A program made the translations under genes and the position numbers. Under the pieces are notes generated by a model, which saw only the letters and a list, made by a program, of their open reading frames with translations, had not been told where the DNA came from and made no database searches. From NCBI GenBank assembly GCA_964291675.2, contig OZ219865.1, positions 864,001 to 928,000 on the forward strand: DNA of 64,000 bases, read 5' to 3'. This DNA is from Alphaproteobacteria bacterium. GTDB lineage: Bacteria > Pseudomonadota > Alphaproteobacteria > MPNO01. Numbering within the stretch: position 1 is the first letter of the stretch; each line of letters opens with the position of its first letter. Shown one piece after another: positions 30,614-40,810 of this stretch.

Positions 30614-31765
30614 ATGAGCAACCACGAGCTGTTCGAGCGCATTCTCGGATCGTTGCACGAAGCCGCCTTCGATGACGCGCGCTGGCCGGCAGTCTCCGGC
30701 TTGATCGACGAAGCCTGGTCGTCCAAGGGCAATTCCCTGACCTTCGCCGACGGCGTGTCCCCGGACAGTACCGAGGTCTTCTTTGCACGGTTCTGCAACC
30801 GCGGCCAGCGTCGCGAGGACCTGGAGCGGTTGTATTTCGAAAGCTACTACGCGCTTGACGAGCGCGTCCCGCGATATTGGCAACTGCCGGACAGCCGCGT
30901 GGTACCCGGCAGCTCGCTCTATACGGAAGAAGAGAAGAAAGCCTCGCCGGTCTTTAACGAGTTGTTGTCCTTCACGCAGGGACAAGACGGTCTGATCGCG
31001 CGTCTCGACGGGCCGTATGGCGGCAGAATCGGCGTAGTGATCGGCGACCCCGCCGATGACGAGGGATGGTCCGCCGCCCGGGTCGAGACGGTCGTGCACC
31101 TGCTGCCCCACATCCGGCAATATGTGCGGGTAAGACAGGCGCTGGTGGATGCGCGCGCGCTGGGATCTTCGGTCGCCGCGCTGCTCCAAAATACCAAGTG
31201 CGGGCTTGTCCAGCTCGACCCGCGCGGCCGGATTCTGGCGGCGAACGAGCCGGCCCACGACCTGCTCCGCAGGGGCGACGGGCTGGTGGATCGCCGCGGC
31301 CTGCTGTCGGCCGTCTTCGCTGACGACGACGACGCGCTCCAAGCGCTGCTCGCCCGCGCCCTGCCGCGCTTCGGGGGTCCGGGGGAAAGCGGCTCGATCA
31401 CGGTGCGACGCCGCGCGGTGTCGCCCCGGCTGGTGCTGCATGCGAGCCCTGTAGGCGGCGCGGGGCTGGATGCGCGGGCAGGCCGCGTGGCCGCGCTGGT
31501 GCTGGTTGTCGACCCGGCGATGCGCGGCATCGTCGATCCGGGTGTGGTGGGCACCGTCCTCGGCCTCACGCCGGCGGAAAGCCGGATCGCCGTGCTGCTG
31601 GCCCAAAGCCGCACCATCCGCGACATCGCCGTCGCCACCGGCCGCAGCGAGGGAACCGTCCGCTGGCACGTCAAGCGGGTCCTCGGCAAGCTCGGCCTCT
31701 CCCGCCAGATGGAGCTGGTGCAGCTGGTGATGTCGTTGTCCAACGTCCCGCGGCCACGATCCTGA
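30614..31765 (+). CDS. LuxR-type C-terminal HTH transcriptional regulator with PAS-like region
   Basis: C-terminal GLTPAESRIAVLLA...TVRWHVKRVLGKLGLSRQMELV; LDPRGRILAAN PAS-like segment. Confidence 0.88.
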   Translation: MSNHELFERILGSLHEAAFDDARWPAVSGLIDEAWSSKGNSLTFADGVSPDSTEVFFARFCNRGQRREDLERLYFESYYALDERVPRYWQLPDSRVVPGSSLYTEEEKKASPVFNELLSFTQGQDGLIARLDGPYGGRIGVVIGDPADDEGWSAARVETVVHLLPHIRQYVRVRQALVDARALGSSVAALLQNTKCGLVQLDPRGRILAANEPAHDLLRRGDGLVDRRGLLSAVFADDDDALQALLARALPRFGGPGESGSITVRRRAVSPRLVLHASPVGGAGLDARAGRVAALVLVVDPAMRGIVDPGVVGTVLGLTPAESRIAVLLAQSRTIRDIAVATGRSEGTVRWHVKRVLGKLGLSRQMELVQLVMSLSNVPRPRS

Positions 31766-31826
31766 CGCGCGCCGCGCGCGCCGGATAGCCGTCAGGCCCA
31801 GGCCTTTCGCAATTTTCGATTGAACA

Positions 31827-31842
31827 CCTCCCATCTGGGAGG
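31827..31842. promoter_or_regulatory. Palindrome CCTCCCATCTGGGAGG downstream of luxR (probable target operator)
   Basis: Perfect 7-bp-arm inverted repeat matching the motif at 30475. Confidence 0.55.
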
Positions 31843-32044
31843 CGCGGGGCGAGGCGCGGTCTGGATAGGGTTTCTCCTGCGCACAGGACGCCATGTCTTT
31901 CAGTGCGCTGCATCCGTTTCGAAGTAAGCGTTCGGGGTAGCCGCCCTTGTCAGGGGTAGGTTCGGGACCGCAGTCTCTGTTCCGGGATTTGGCGGCCGAT
32001 AGTGTCCATTATCGGCTAATGGACACTATCGTTGGGGGGCTGCG

Positions 32045-32392
32045 GTGGCGCGTCGTGTACGCCGGTTCTGGTCGGACGATGAGAAGCGCCGGATTGTTGC
32101 GCAGAGCTACGCGCCCGGGGTTTCGGTGTCGGTTGTGGCGCGTCGCTACGACGTGAACTCCAACCTGATCTTCACTTGGCGGCGCGATCCCCGCTACAGG
32201 CCGGCGGCGGATGGCGAGGGTGCGCCGTCCTTCCTGGCGGTGGAGGTGGTGCCCGATGCGCCGCCGTCAGAGCCGTCTGCGGCATCGGAGGGTCGGATCG
32301 AGATTGCGTTGTCGAGCGGCCACCGGGTGAGCGCGATCGGGGCGTTCGACGTGGACGCGCTGTGTCGCGTGGTGCGGGCGCTGGGCGGATGA
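32045..32392 (+). CDS. tnpA: IS66 TnpA (HTH accessory protein)
   Basis: RRFWSDDEKRRIV...VARRYDVNSNLIFTWRR; ATGA overlap with tnpB start. Confidence 0.9.
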   Translation: MARRVRRFWSDDEKRRIVAQSYAPGVSVSVVARRYDVNSNLIFTWRRDPRYRPAADGEGAPSFLAVEVVPDAPPSEPSAASEGRIEIALSSGHRVSAIGAFDVDALCRVVRALGG

Positions 32393-32544
32393 TCCCGGTT
32401 GAGCAGGCGCAGGCTTTCAGCGGGGATTGGGGGCTGATCCGCTTGGATTAATCGAGGTTTTGGGGAAGGTGCCCCCCGGCGATCTTGCAAGAAGGCCGCC
32501 GGAGGGCTTGTCTCGGTGACAGCTACATCAACTGAGACGCCCCA

Positions 32545-33159
32545 ATGTCGCACAAGCTGTTCCGTCACTCCATCCTCTGCAACGCCCGGGTTTGGGACTT
32601 TCTGAAGCAGGTCGACGCAGCCGAGGCGGAGGCCTGCCGTGCGGTGGGCTGTCCTCACTGCGGCGGGACGCTTCACAGCGCGGCCTACCCTCGCAAGCCG
32701 TACGGTCTGGCGGCGGATCTTCGGGACGATGTGCGGCGCTTCAGCCTGTGCTGTTCGGTGTGCAGGCGCCGGGTGCGTCCTGCCTCGGTGCGTTTCTTCG
32801 GTCGGAGGTTCTACGTCGGTGCGCTGTTCCTGCTGGTGAGCGCACTGGCGCTGACCGGCGGGGTGCGGTTGCAGACGATCGCGCGGCGCTGTGGGGTTCC
32901 GGTCTCGACGCTGAAGCGCTGGCGTCGCTGGTGGCTGGACGCCTTCCCGGCGACCCCGGAGTGGGCGGCGAAGCGGGGCGAGCTGGCGACACCGGCCGGG
33001 GAAGCGCCTGTGCGCCGGCTGCTGCGCCTGATGCGGGGCCGGGGCCTGCGGGCGCGGCTGCTGCGGAGCCTGGTCTGGCTGATGCCGTGGACCGGTTCTT
33101 GCGCGCTCGGCGCCGGGCCGGCTTCGCCCGCAGAAAGCGTTTCTGTCATGAACGGATAG
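32545..33159 (+). CDS. Zn-ribbon plus HTH protein of the nested transposon
   Basis: CPHCGG...FSLCCSVCRRR Cys pairs; VPVSTLKRWRRWW HTH-like segment. Confidence 0.7.
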   Translation: MSHKLFRHSILCNARVWDFLKQVDAAEAEACRAVGCPHCGGTLHSAAYPRKPYGLAADLRDDVRRFSLCCSVCRRRVRPASVRFFGRRFYVGALFLLVSALALTGGVRLQTIARRCGVPVSTLKRWRRWWLDAFPATPEWAAKRGELATPAGEAPVRRLLRLMRGRGLRARLLRSLVWLMPWTGSCALGAGPASPAESVSVMNG

Positions 33160-33208
33160 GGGCTCTTACACCGGCATCTCCCCAACAGGGCGAGGGAGGG
33201 ATGCCGGG

Positions 33209-34663
33209 ATGGACAGCAACGACGGGAGCGAGCGTCGCGACCGGTGGGCGCGGCTGCGCTTCGCGGTGGTCGGGCCGCTTCTGGCCTCGCCGCCGCCGAA
33301 GGGGAAGCTGCGGGCCGAGCTGGAGCGGCTGGCCGGACGCGAGTGGGAACATCCGTCCGGCAAGGGGCCGGTGCGCTTCTCGGCCTCCACGATCGAGCGC
33401 TGGTACTACCAGGCGCGGGCGCAGGAGCAGGACCCGGTCAAGGCGCTTCGCCGAAAGCCACGGGCCGACATCGGCCGCGAACGGGCGATATCGGCGGCAC
33501 TGATCGAGGTGTTGCGCGATCAGTACCGGGCGCATCCGTCGTGGTCGGCACAGCTGCACCATGAGAACCTGGCGGCGCTGGTCGCGGCCGATCCGGCGCT
33601 CGGCCCGATGCCGTCCTATGCGACGCTCACCCGGGCGATGCGGGCTCGCGGGCTGGTGCGCAAGCGCCGGCGCAAGTGGCACGAGAGCGAGGCGCGGCCG
33701 CCTGTCCAGGCCCGCGAGGTACTGAGCTACGAGGTCACGCGCAGCCACGCCCTGTGGCACAGCGATATGCATACCGCCAAGTGTCGTGTGCTGACGGCCT
33801 CGGGCGAGTGGAAGACGCCGATCCTTCTGGGCTTTCTCGACGACCACTCCCGGCTCGGCTGCCACCTTCAGTGGTATCTCGCCGAGACCGCAGAGGTCTT
33901 CGTCCATGGGCTGTGCCAGGCGTTGATGAAGCGGGGCCTGCCGCGGTCCCTGCTGACCGACAACGGCTCGGCGATGACCGCCGGCGAGGTCGAGGAAGGG
34001 TTGCTCCGGCTCGGCATCGCGGGGGTCACGACGCTCGCGTACAGCCCGCATCAAAATGGAAAGATCGAGACTTTCTGGGGCACGGTCGAATCACGCCTGA
34101 TGGCCCAGCTCGAAGGCGTCGACGCGCTCACCCTGAAGATGCTCAACGACGCCACCGTCGCCTGGCTGGAGCAGGACTATCACCGCCGCGAGCACCGCGA
34201 ACTCGGCATGTCGCCGCATCGGCGCCTCGCCGGGAGCGTCGACGCATCGCGGCCCTGCCCCGGCGCGGCCGAGCTCAAGGCGGCCTTCCGCATCACGAGG
34301 AAGCGCATGCTCCGGCGCTCGGACGGCACCGTCTCGGTCGAGAACATCCGCTACCAGATACCGCCGCCGTGGCGCCACCTGCGCGAGGCCTGGGTCCGCT
34401 ATGCGCGCTGGGACCTCAGCAGCGTCGATCTGGTCGACGGCCGGGGCGGCGAACGGCTGTGCACGCTCTATCCCCTCGACAAGCGCGGCAACGCCGATGG
34501 TGTGCGCCGTCCCATCGGCCCCGGCGACGACGATGGCAAGGGCGGCGAGGGGACAGGCGGACTGCCGCCGCTGCTCAAGAGCATGCTCGACGCGCAGGCT
34601 GCAACCGGCCTGCCGCCGGCATGGCTTGCCTTCGATGACACCCGCGATGATGGAGAACGCTGA
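33209..34663 (+). CDS. DDE-type integrase/transposase (rve core, Mu/IS481-like)
   Basis: LWHSD, FLDDHSR, LTDNGS, YSPHQNGKIE; N-terminal HTH STIERWYY; C-terminal RSDGTVSV. Confidence 0.9.
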   Translation: MDSNDGSERRDRWARLRFAVVGPLLASPPPKGKLRAELERLAGREWEHPSGKGPVRFSASTIERWYYQARAQEQDPVKALRRKPRADIGRERAISAALIEVLRDQYRAHPSWSAQLHHENLAALVAADPALGPMPSYATLTRAMRARGLVRKRRRKWHESEARPPVQAREVLSYEVTRSHALWHSDMHTAKCRVLTASGEWKTPILLGFLDDHSRLGCHLQWYLAETAEVFVHGLCQALMKRGLPRSLLTDNGSAMTAGEVEEGLLRLGIAGVTTLAYSPHQNGKIETFWGTVESRLMAQLEGVDALTLKMLNDATVAWLEQDYHRREHRELGMSPHRRLAGSVDASRPCPGAAELKAAFRITRKRMLRRSDGTVSVENIRYQIPPPWRHLREAWVRYARWDLSSVDLVDGRGGERLCTLYPLDKRGNADGVRRPIGPGDDDGKGGEGTGGLPPLLKSMLDAQAATGLPPAWLAFDDTRDDGER

Positions 34664-35496
34664 TGAACCGCGAACACCTCACCCTGTACGGGCTCAAGTG
34701 GAACCCGTTCGCCCCTGACCTCCCGGTCGACAGCCTGATGGCGACTGGCGCCGTCGACAGCTTCTGCCTCAGGATCGAACGCCATCTCGTGCGCCACGGC
34801 GGCTTCGCACTGATCGCCGGAGAGCCCGGAACCGGAAAGAGCGTTGCCCTGCGCCTGCTCGCCCACCGGCTCGGGCGATGCGACGGGCTCAGGGTCGCCG
34901 CCATCACCCACCCGTCCTCGAGACTGTCGGACTTCTACCGCGAGATCGGCGAGCTGTTTGGCGTCGACCTGCTGTACAACAATCGCTGGGCCAGCTTCAA
35001 AAACCTGCGCCAGCGCTGGCTCGCGCATCTCGATGACACCCGCATGCGCCCGGTGTTGCTCATCGACGAGGCCCAGGAACTGCTGCCCTCGGTGTTCTCC
35101 GAGATCCGCCTGCTCGCGTCGACCGACTTCGACTCGCGCGCCATCCTCTCCGTCGTCTTCGCCGGTGACAACCGCCTGCTCGACCGGCTCCGCCAGCCCG
35201 ACCTGCAGCCCATCGCCTCGCGTATCCGACAGCGTCTGCTGATGACCCGGACCGAGGACGCCGACCTGGCCGGCCTGCTCGACCATCTGCTCGAAGAGGC
35301 CGGCAATCCGGCGCTGATGACCGCCGGGCTCAGGGACACCCTCGTCACCCATGCCGCAGGAAACCCCAGGGCACTCACCGTCATGGCTGATGCCGTGCTC
35401 GCAGCCGGTGCCGAGAAGGATCGCGAGGTGCTCGACGAGAAGCTCTTCATCGAGACCCTCGGCGAGGCACCGCCAGCCAGGCGGGCCCGGCGATGA
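34663..35496 (+). CDS. ExeA-like AAA ATPase (transposition helper)
   Basis: YGLKWNPF, GEPGTGKS Walker A, LLIDEAQ Walker B, GNPR. Confidence 0.88.
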   Translation: MNREHLTLYGLKWNPFAPDLPVDSLMATGAVDSFCLRIERHLVRHGGFALIAGEPGTGKSVALRLLAHRLGRCDGLRVAAITHPSSRLSDFYREIGELFGVDLLYNNRWASFKNLRQRWLAHLDDTRMRPVLLIDEAQELLPSVFSEIRLLASTDFDSRAILSVVFAGDNRLLDRLRQPDLQPIASRIRQRLLMTRTEDADLAGLLDHLLEEAGNPALMTAGLRDTLVTHAAGNPRALTVMADAVLAAGAEKDREVLDEKLFIETLGEAPPARRARR

Positions 35497-36482
35497 CCGG
35501 CTTCCCGACACGGCCACCGGCCGAACTCGAGGAGCGGCCGCGGGAGCGGCAGTGGCTGGTCGATGCCCTGTGGAGCGAACAGGGGGTCGGCATCGTCGGC
35601 GGCGAGCCCAAGTGCGGCAAGTCCTTCCTCGCGCTGGACCTCGCCGTCGCGGTGGCTGCAGGAGTGCCCTGCCTGCGCCACTTCCGCCCCGCGGCAAGCG
35701 GCACCGTGTTGCTCTTCGCCGCCGAGGACGCCGGTCACATCGTGCGCGACCGCCTCAAGGGCATCGCCCGGGCCGCCGGCGCCGACTTCGAGGCCCTCGA
35801 CATCGCCGTCATCGACGTGCCCACGCTCCGCCTCGATCATCGCCTCGACCGGCAGCGGCTGCTGGAGACCGTCGAACGGATCGGACCGCGCCTCCTCGTC
35901 CTCGATCCCCTGGTCCGCCTGCATGGCGTCGACGAGAACGCGGTTGCGGAAGTCGCTCCCATCCTCGGCTTCCTGCGCGACCTGCAGCGCCGCTTCGGGA
36001 CCGCTGTGCTGCTCGTCCACCACGCTCGCAAGAGTGGCGCCAGCCGCCCCGGCCAGGCGCTGCGCGGCAGCAGCGAGCTGCATGCCTGGGGCGACAGCAA
36101 TCTCTACCTGCGCCGGCGCGACGGGCAGATCGTCATGACCGCCGAGCATCGCGCCGCACCCGGCCTCAACAATATCGAGATCGAGCTTGCCGATGACGGC
36201 GAAGGACCAGCGCTGCAGCTCCGGCGGACAGGACCTCACCAGGCTCCGCCGCAGCCGGACAGCGCCGAACAGCGGATCGCCCAGGTGCTCGCGACAGCCG
36301 AATCCCCACTCGTGCAGTCCGAGATCCGAAAACGCGCCGGGGTACGCAACGCGACTGTCTCCGCGGCACTGCACGGGCTTGTGCGCGAGGGACGGGTCGA
36401 GCGCGGGACGGGAGGTCGCTACCGCTTCCTCGGAACCGCGGCGAACCAAGCCGACAACCCGACGGACAGCCACAACCCGTAG
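35493..36482 (+). CDS. RepA-like (AAA_25 / SF4 helicase-like) ATPase with C-terminal winged HTH
   Basis: WLVDALW, GGEPKCGKS, AAED, LLVLDPL, VHHARKSG, RGSSEL. Confidence 0.82.
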   Translation: MTGFPTRPPAELEERPRERQWLVDALWSEQGVGIVGGEPKCGKSFLALDLAVAVAAGVPCLRHFRPAASGTVLLFAAEDAGHIVRDRLKGIARAAGADFEALDIAVIDVPTLRLDHRLDRQRLLETVERIGPRLLVLDPLVRLHGVDENAVAEVAPILGFLRDLQRRFGTAVLLVHHARKSGASRPGQALRGSSELHAWGDSNLYLRRRDGQIVMTAEHRAAPGLNNIEIELADDGEGPALQLRRTGPHQAPPQPDSAEQRIAQVLATAESPLVQSEIRKRAGVRNATVSAALHGLVREGRVERGTGGRYRFLGTAANQADNPTDSHNP

Positions 36483-36497
36483 GCGAAGCAGCCCCTC

Positions 36498-36551
36498 TTC
36501 CCGTTCCCGTTCCGGCGAACCCTTAAGCGTTGCAGGGAACGGGAACGGGAA
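36498..36551. repeat. Inverted array of GGGAAC hexamers (origin-like hairpin)
   Basis: TTCCCGTTCCCGTTCC-N22-GGAACGGGAACGGGAA perfect 16-bp arms just after the AAA stop. Confidence 0.7.
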
Positions 36552-38571
36552 CACCAGCGCACAATGCCCCACGAAACTGCCTGAAGCGATCGGCCAATGG
36601 CCGAAAGCTCTGCTTACGGCCATGGCAGCCCTCTGGCGCGGGGACGGCGGCGGGTCACCCGAAGGGCCGTAGCGGAGCGAAGGAGCCGCGAAGCGGCTTG
36701 AAGCGCCGACGGCCTCGCGACACTCCCCGCCCGGCCTTCCTGCAAACGGCAGACGATCCCCATCGAATAACGCGAAATCCGCACCATCAAACAACGTGCG
36801 CGCGCTCACCGGTCCCGTCCTCGACCCGGGTATGGCTGGCCTGCGGGGTGACCGACATGCGCAAGGGGTTCCCGGGGCTTGCGGCGCAGGCGGAGCGGGT
36901 GTTGAAGGCGGATCCGCATTGCGGCCATCTCTTCATCTACCGGGGCCGTCGGGGCGACCTGATCAAGATGATCTGGTGGGACGGCCAGGGAGCGTGCCTG
37001 TTCTCGAAGCGTCTTGAGCGCGGCCGTTTCGTGTGGCCGTCGGCGTCGGAGGGCAAGGTTTCGGTGACGCCGGCGCAGCTGTCGATGCTGTTGGAGGGGA
37101 TCGACTGGCGGGCGCCGGTTCGCACCTGGCGGCCTTTGGCGGCGGGATGATTCATCGTTTATATACAATAGGTTGACTCCTATCCGGGCTTCCCTTTGGC
37201 GGCCTTTTCCTGTAGGCTGCGGTCATGCTCGAAGAGGCGCATTCCCTGCCTGACGACATCGCCGCACTGAAGGCGATGGTGCTGTCCTCGCGGGCCGAGG
37301 TGGCGGCGCGGGACGCCGAGTTGCGCAACCGTGACCTTCTGATCGAGAAGCTCAAGCACCAGCTTGCGGGTCTGCGCCGCCAGCGCTTCGGCGCCACTTC
37401 GGAGGCCCTCGATCAGCTTGAGCTCGGGCTGGAGGACGAGGAGATCGCGCGCTCGGCCGAGACGTTTGCCGAGCCAGCCCCGGCGGCAAAGAGACAGCCC
37501 AAGCGCCGTCCCTTGCCGGACCACCTGCCGCGCGAGGAGACGCATCTCGCGCCTTCAGGCGATCGCTGCGCGGACTGCGGCGGTCGCCTCAAGCGTCTCG
37601 GCGAGGATGTGACCGAGGAGCTGGAGTACATCCCCGGCCGCTTCGTGGTGAAGCGCATCGTGCGCCCGCGCCTGGCCTGCGGCGGCTGTGAGACGTTCCA
37701 CCAAGCGCCGCTGCCGTCGCGGCCGATCGAGCGCGGCCGTCCGGGCCCGGGCCTTCTGGCGCATGTGCTGGTCTCGAAGTACTGCGATCACCTGCCGCTC
37801 TACCGTCAGTCGCGTATCTTCGCCCGCGATGGCGTCGATCTCGACCGCTCGACGCTGGCCGGCTGGGTGGGCAAGGCGACGGCGCTGCTGGAGCCCCTGG
37901 CCGATGCCGTCGGGCGCCATGTTCTGGGCGGCCAAGCCCTGTTCGCCGACGACACCCCGGTCAAGTTGCTGGCGCCGGGGACCGGCAAGACGGCGACGGG
38001 TCGGGCCTGGACCTATGTCCGCGACGAGCGTCCGTGGAAGGGCGAGGCATCGCCGGCGGCGTGGTATCGCTTCTCGGCCGACCGCAAGGCGGCGCATCCG
38101 AAGAGCCATCTCGCGGGCTACGCCGGCTGGATGCACTCGGACGGCTATGCCGGCTTCGGCGCACTGGCGCGCGCGGGGCCGGTCCGCGAGGTCGCCTGCC
38201 TGGCCCATGTGCGGCGCAAGTTCTTCGACGTCCACGCCGCTCAGGGCTCGGCGGTCGCCGCCGAGGCGCTGGAACGGATCGCCGCGCTCTACGCCATCGA
38301 GAAGGAGGTCCGCGGGCAGCCCCCAGAGCGCCGCGTCGCGATCCGCCGCGCCAAGGCCGCGCCGCACCTCGATGAGTTCGAGCGCTGGCTGCAAACGCAA
38401 CTGCCGAAGCTCTCCGCCAAGACCCCGCTGGCGGCGGCGATCCGCCATGCGCTGACCCGGCTGAAGCGCCTGCGGCCCTATATCGAGCACGGCTTCCTCG
38501 AGATCGACAACAACCCGGCCGAGCGCGCGATGCGCCCGATCGCGACGATGGAGTCATTCTGCACCCCTTCT

Positions 38572-40644
38572 TCAAGTGTCTGAAAACATTGACATCTGAT
38601 CCCGACATGAAGCGCGACGCGGGTCTTTCCGCAGTGCCAGGGCGTTGGCGACCCGCTCGGAATGGAGGTCTTTGGCCCTGATTTGCCAGGGCGCTCCGGG
38701 AACGAGTTGCGTGGCAGGTAGCGTTCCATCCTCGATCAGGCGCCTGAGGGTATGGCTGGTCGTGCCCAACTCTTTCGCCGCCTCGGTCATGGTGCGCCAG
38801 TCGCCCTGCTTGTCCGCTGAGAGGTAGCCGTCGATCCCGTTCACACGCCGGATCGATCCGACCCGGTGAGCGGTCCAACTCTTGTGCTGCCCGGTCCGCA
38901 TACCCATCCGGTTGAGCGACGCGGCGATATGTTCGTCCGACCATCGCCCGGCCATGCTGCGTATCACTGCCAGAGCTTCCTCGGGCGTTCGGCAGCCATG
39001 TTCGCCGCTCTTGGGCTTGCGGACCCTGAGACGGGAATGACGGCCACCCATCCAGTGGATCGTCAGCAGGACGTCACGCGCCTCTTCGTCGACATCGACG
39101 ATTATGCCCATGATCAGGGTGCGCACGAGACGCTGGCGGGCGCGCATGCTCACCCCGGGCGCGTTCCAGGCGGCCTTCAGGTCGTCGGCAAGTCCGGCCA
39201 GGTCGGGGACAGTGGGCCGCGGCGACGGCATCGCGCCCAGCCTTGCTTCGCACGCCTGGACGCGTCGAAGCGCTGCCTCCCAACTCTTCTCCAGCTCGGC
39301 GGCGATCAGCCGGTTGTCCGGATCGCAGGCGGCGTAGCGCCGCTCGGCGAGCGCCGCCTCGTAGCGGGCTTGCTGCAGATCCAGCTCGGCCACCCGTTGC
39401 TGTTCGGAAAGACCCTCCGCGTTCATCCGCTCGGCTTCCAACGAGGCTTCCACCGCCATGGGCTCCACGACGCGGAGGATCTCATCGGCAACGGCCGCAT
39501 CCACACGCGCACCCCCGAACCCCAGACAGGGCTCTAGCTCGAGCTGGAGGTGTCGCCGATTGCAGCGGTAGACAGGATTGCCGGGCGTGCGACCGGAATA
39601 GGCAACGCTCATCGTGCGTCCGCAGCGTGCGCAACTGAGGAGGCCGCCAAGAAGCGCCCGCCCGCCGCGCCCCGACTTCGTGCCCCCCGCCTTGCCGAAG
39701 GCATTGGCGGCGAGCTGCGCCTGGTTGCGCTCGAACTCCGGCCAGTCGATGTAGCCCTCGTGATGGTCCTTCAGCACGACCTCCCATTCCGCCATCGGCT
39801 TGCGGTGTCCATAGCTCTTGCGCACGCGCCCGTCGACGATCTCGGTCCGCCGCTCGCTTTTGCCGTAAGCGTAGACCCCGGCGTAGAAAGGGTTCTTCAA
39901 CACCGAAATTACGTTGCGATAGCGGATCGGCGTCCAGTCGAAGGAGACCATTGTCCTGCCATCCGACGGGCGTGGGAAGCAAAGCTTCTGCCCGCTCAGC
40001 GCCAGCAACACCTGCCGCGCGCTGCCAAGCTCGCGAAACCGGGCGAATACCTGACGGATCGCTTCCTGAACCCGAATGTCGGGGTCCAGCCCCAGCCCGG
40101 CCTCGGGATGCCAGACGTAGCCGATCGGGACGCTGATGCGAAGCTCGCCGCGGGCGGCCTTGGAGCGGGCGGCCTCGAACATCCGAGCGCGCAGAACGCC
40201 GAGTTCGAACTCGCTGATCTGGCCCTTCATGCCGAGCAGCAGACGATCGTTGGGGTGGCGAGGATCGTAGATGCCATCCTGGTCGATGACGCGTGCCTCG
40301 ACGAGACCGCAGAGCTCGAGAAGATGGTGCCAGTCCCGGCCGTTGCGAGAGACCCGCGAAGCCTCGAAACAAAGCACGGCTCCAACGTCCCCGGCGCACA
40401 GCCAGGCGACGAGGCGCTCGAAACCGGGCCGCGCAACGGCACCGTCCGCCGACAGGCCCTGATCGTCGTCGATGACTTCGACCCGGGCAAAGCCGTGCCC
40501 GCGCGCCACATCGACGAGATCGTATTGGCGGCGCTGGCTCTCCAGATTGTTCCGCATCTGCTGGGGCGTGGACTGACGGACATAGACCACGGCCTTGCGC
40601 GTCAACACCGATCGCGGCAACGCTTCAGCGACGCCCATCGTCAT
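38572..40644 (-). CDS. Large serine recombinase (resolvase, recombinase, Zn-ribbon, coiled coil, C-terminal HTH)
   Basis: AVVYVRQS catalytic Ser, EASRVSRN, LKNPFYAG, CARCG...YRC. Confidence 0.93.
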   Translation of the reverse strand: MTMGVAEALPRSVLTRKAVVYVRQSTPQQMRNNLESQRRQYDLVDVARGHGFARVEVIDDDQGLSADGAVARPGFERLVAWLCAGDVGAVLCFEASRVSRNGRDWHHLLELCGLVEARVIDQDGIYDPRHPNDRLLLGMKGQISEFELGVLRARMFEAARSKAARGELRISVPIGYVWHPEAGLGLDPDIRVQEAIRQVFARFRELGSARQVLLALSGQKLCFPRPSDGRTMVSFDWTPIRYRNVISVLKNPFYAGVYAYGKSERRTEIVDGRVRKSYGHRKPMAEWEVVLKDHHEGYIDWPEFERNQAQLAANAFGKAGGTKSGRGGRALLGGLLSCARCGRTMSVAYSGRTPGNPVYRCNRRHLQLELEPCLGFGGARVDAAVADEILRVVEPMAVEASLEAERMNAEGLSEQQRVAELDLQQARYEAALAERRYAACDPDNRLIAAELEKSWEAALRRVQACEARLGAMPSPRPTVPDLAGLADDLKAAWNAPGVSMRARQRLVRTLIMGIIVDVDEEARDVLLTIHWMGGRHSRLRVRKPKSGEHGCRTPEEALAVIRSMAGRWSDEHIAASLNRMGMRTGQHKSWTAHRVGSIRRVNGIDGYLSADKQGDWRTMTEAAKELGTTSHTLRRLIEDGTLPATQLVPGAPWQIRAKDLHSERVANALALRKDPRRASCRDQMSMFSDT

Positions 40645-40810
40645 CCTCCTTCACCGGGGCGGTCGCCGCTTCCAGAAGCAACCCGGCCACTGCGCTCACC
40701 ACCGCGTCTCGTTCCTCCGAGCTCAGACCGCGCAGCGTCGGTGCGTCGAGCGGCATGCCGAGCTGTCGGGGTTCTCTCGGCGGTCGCGCTGTTACAGGCA
40801 AAGACTTCAT
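40625..40810 (-). CDS. Small hypothetical protein overlapping the recombinase start
   Basis: MKSLP...PRQLGMPLD...ERDAVVSAVAGLLLEAA; GGAGAGGAG RBS upstream. Confidence 0.6.
   Translation of the reverse strand: MKSLPVTARPPREPRQLGMPLDAPTLRGLSSEERDAVVSAVAGLLLEAATAPVKEDDDGRR

Larger units (their letters stand above)
32400..36808 (+). mobile_element. Four-gene TG...CA transposon (Zn/HTH ORF, DDE transposase, ExeA-like ATPase, RepA-like AAA)
   Basis: Ends TGAGCAGGCGCA / TGCGCGCGCTCA; 5-bp TSD CCGGT (32395-32399, 36809-36813). Confidence 0.9.
32389..37150 (+). pseudogene. tnpB: IS66 TnpB interrupted in codon 4 by a nested transposon
   Basis: Removing 32400-36813 restores [23 protein letters not shown]...[11 protein letters not shown]...LLEGIDWR. 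Confidence 0.92.
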
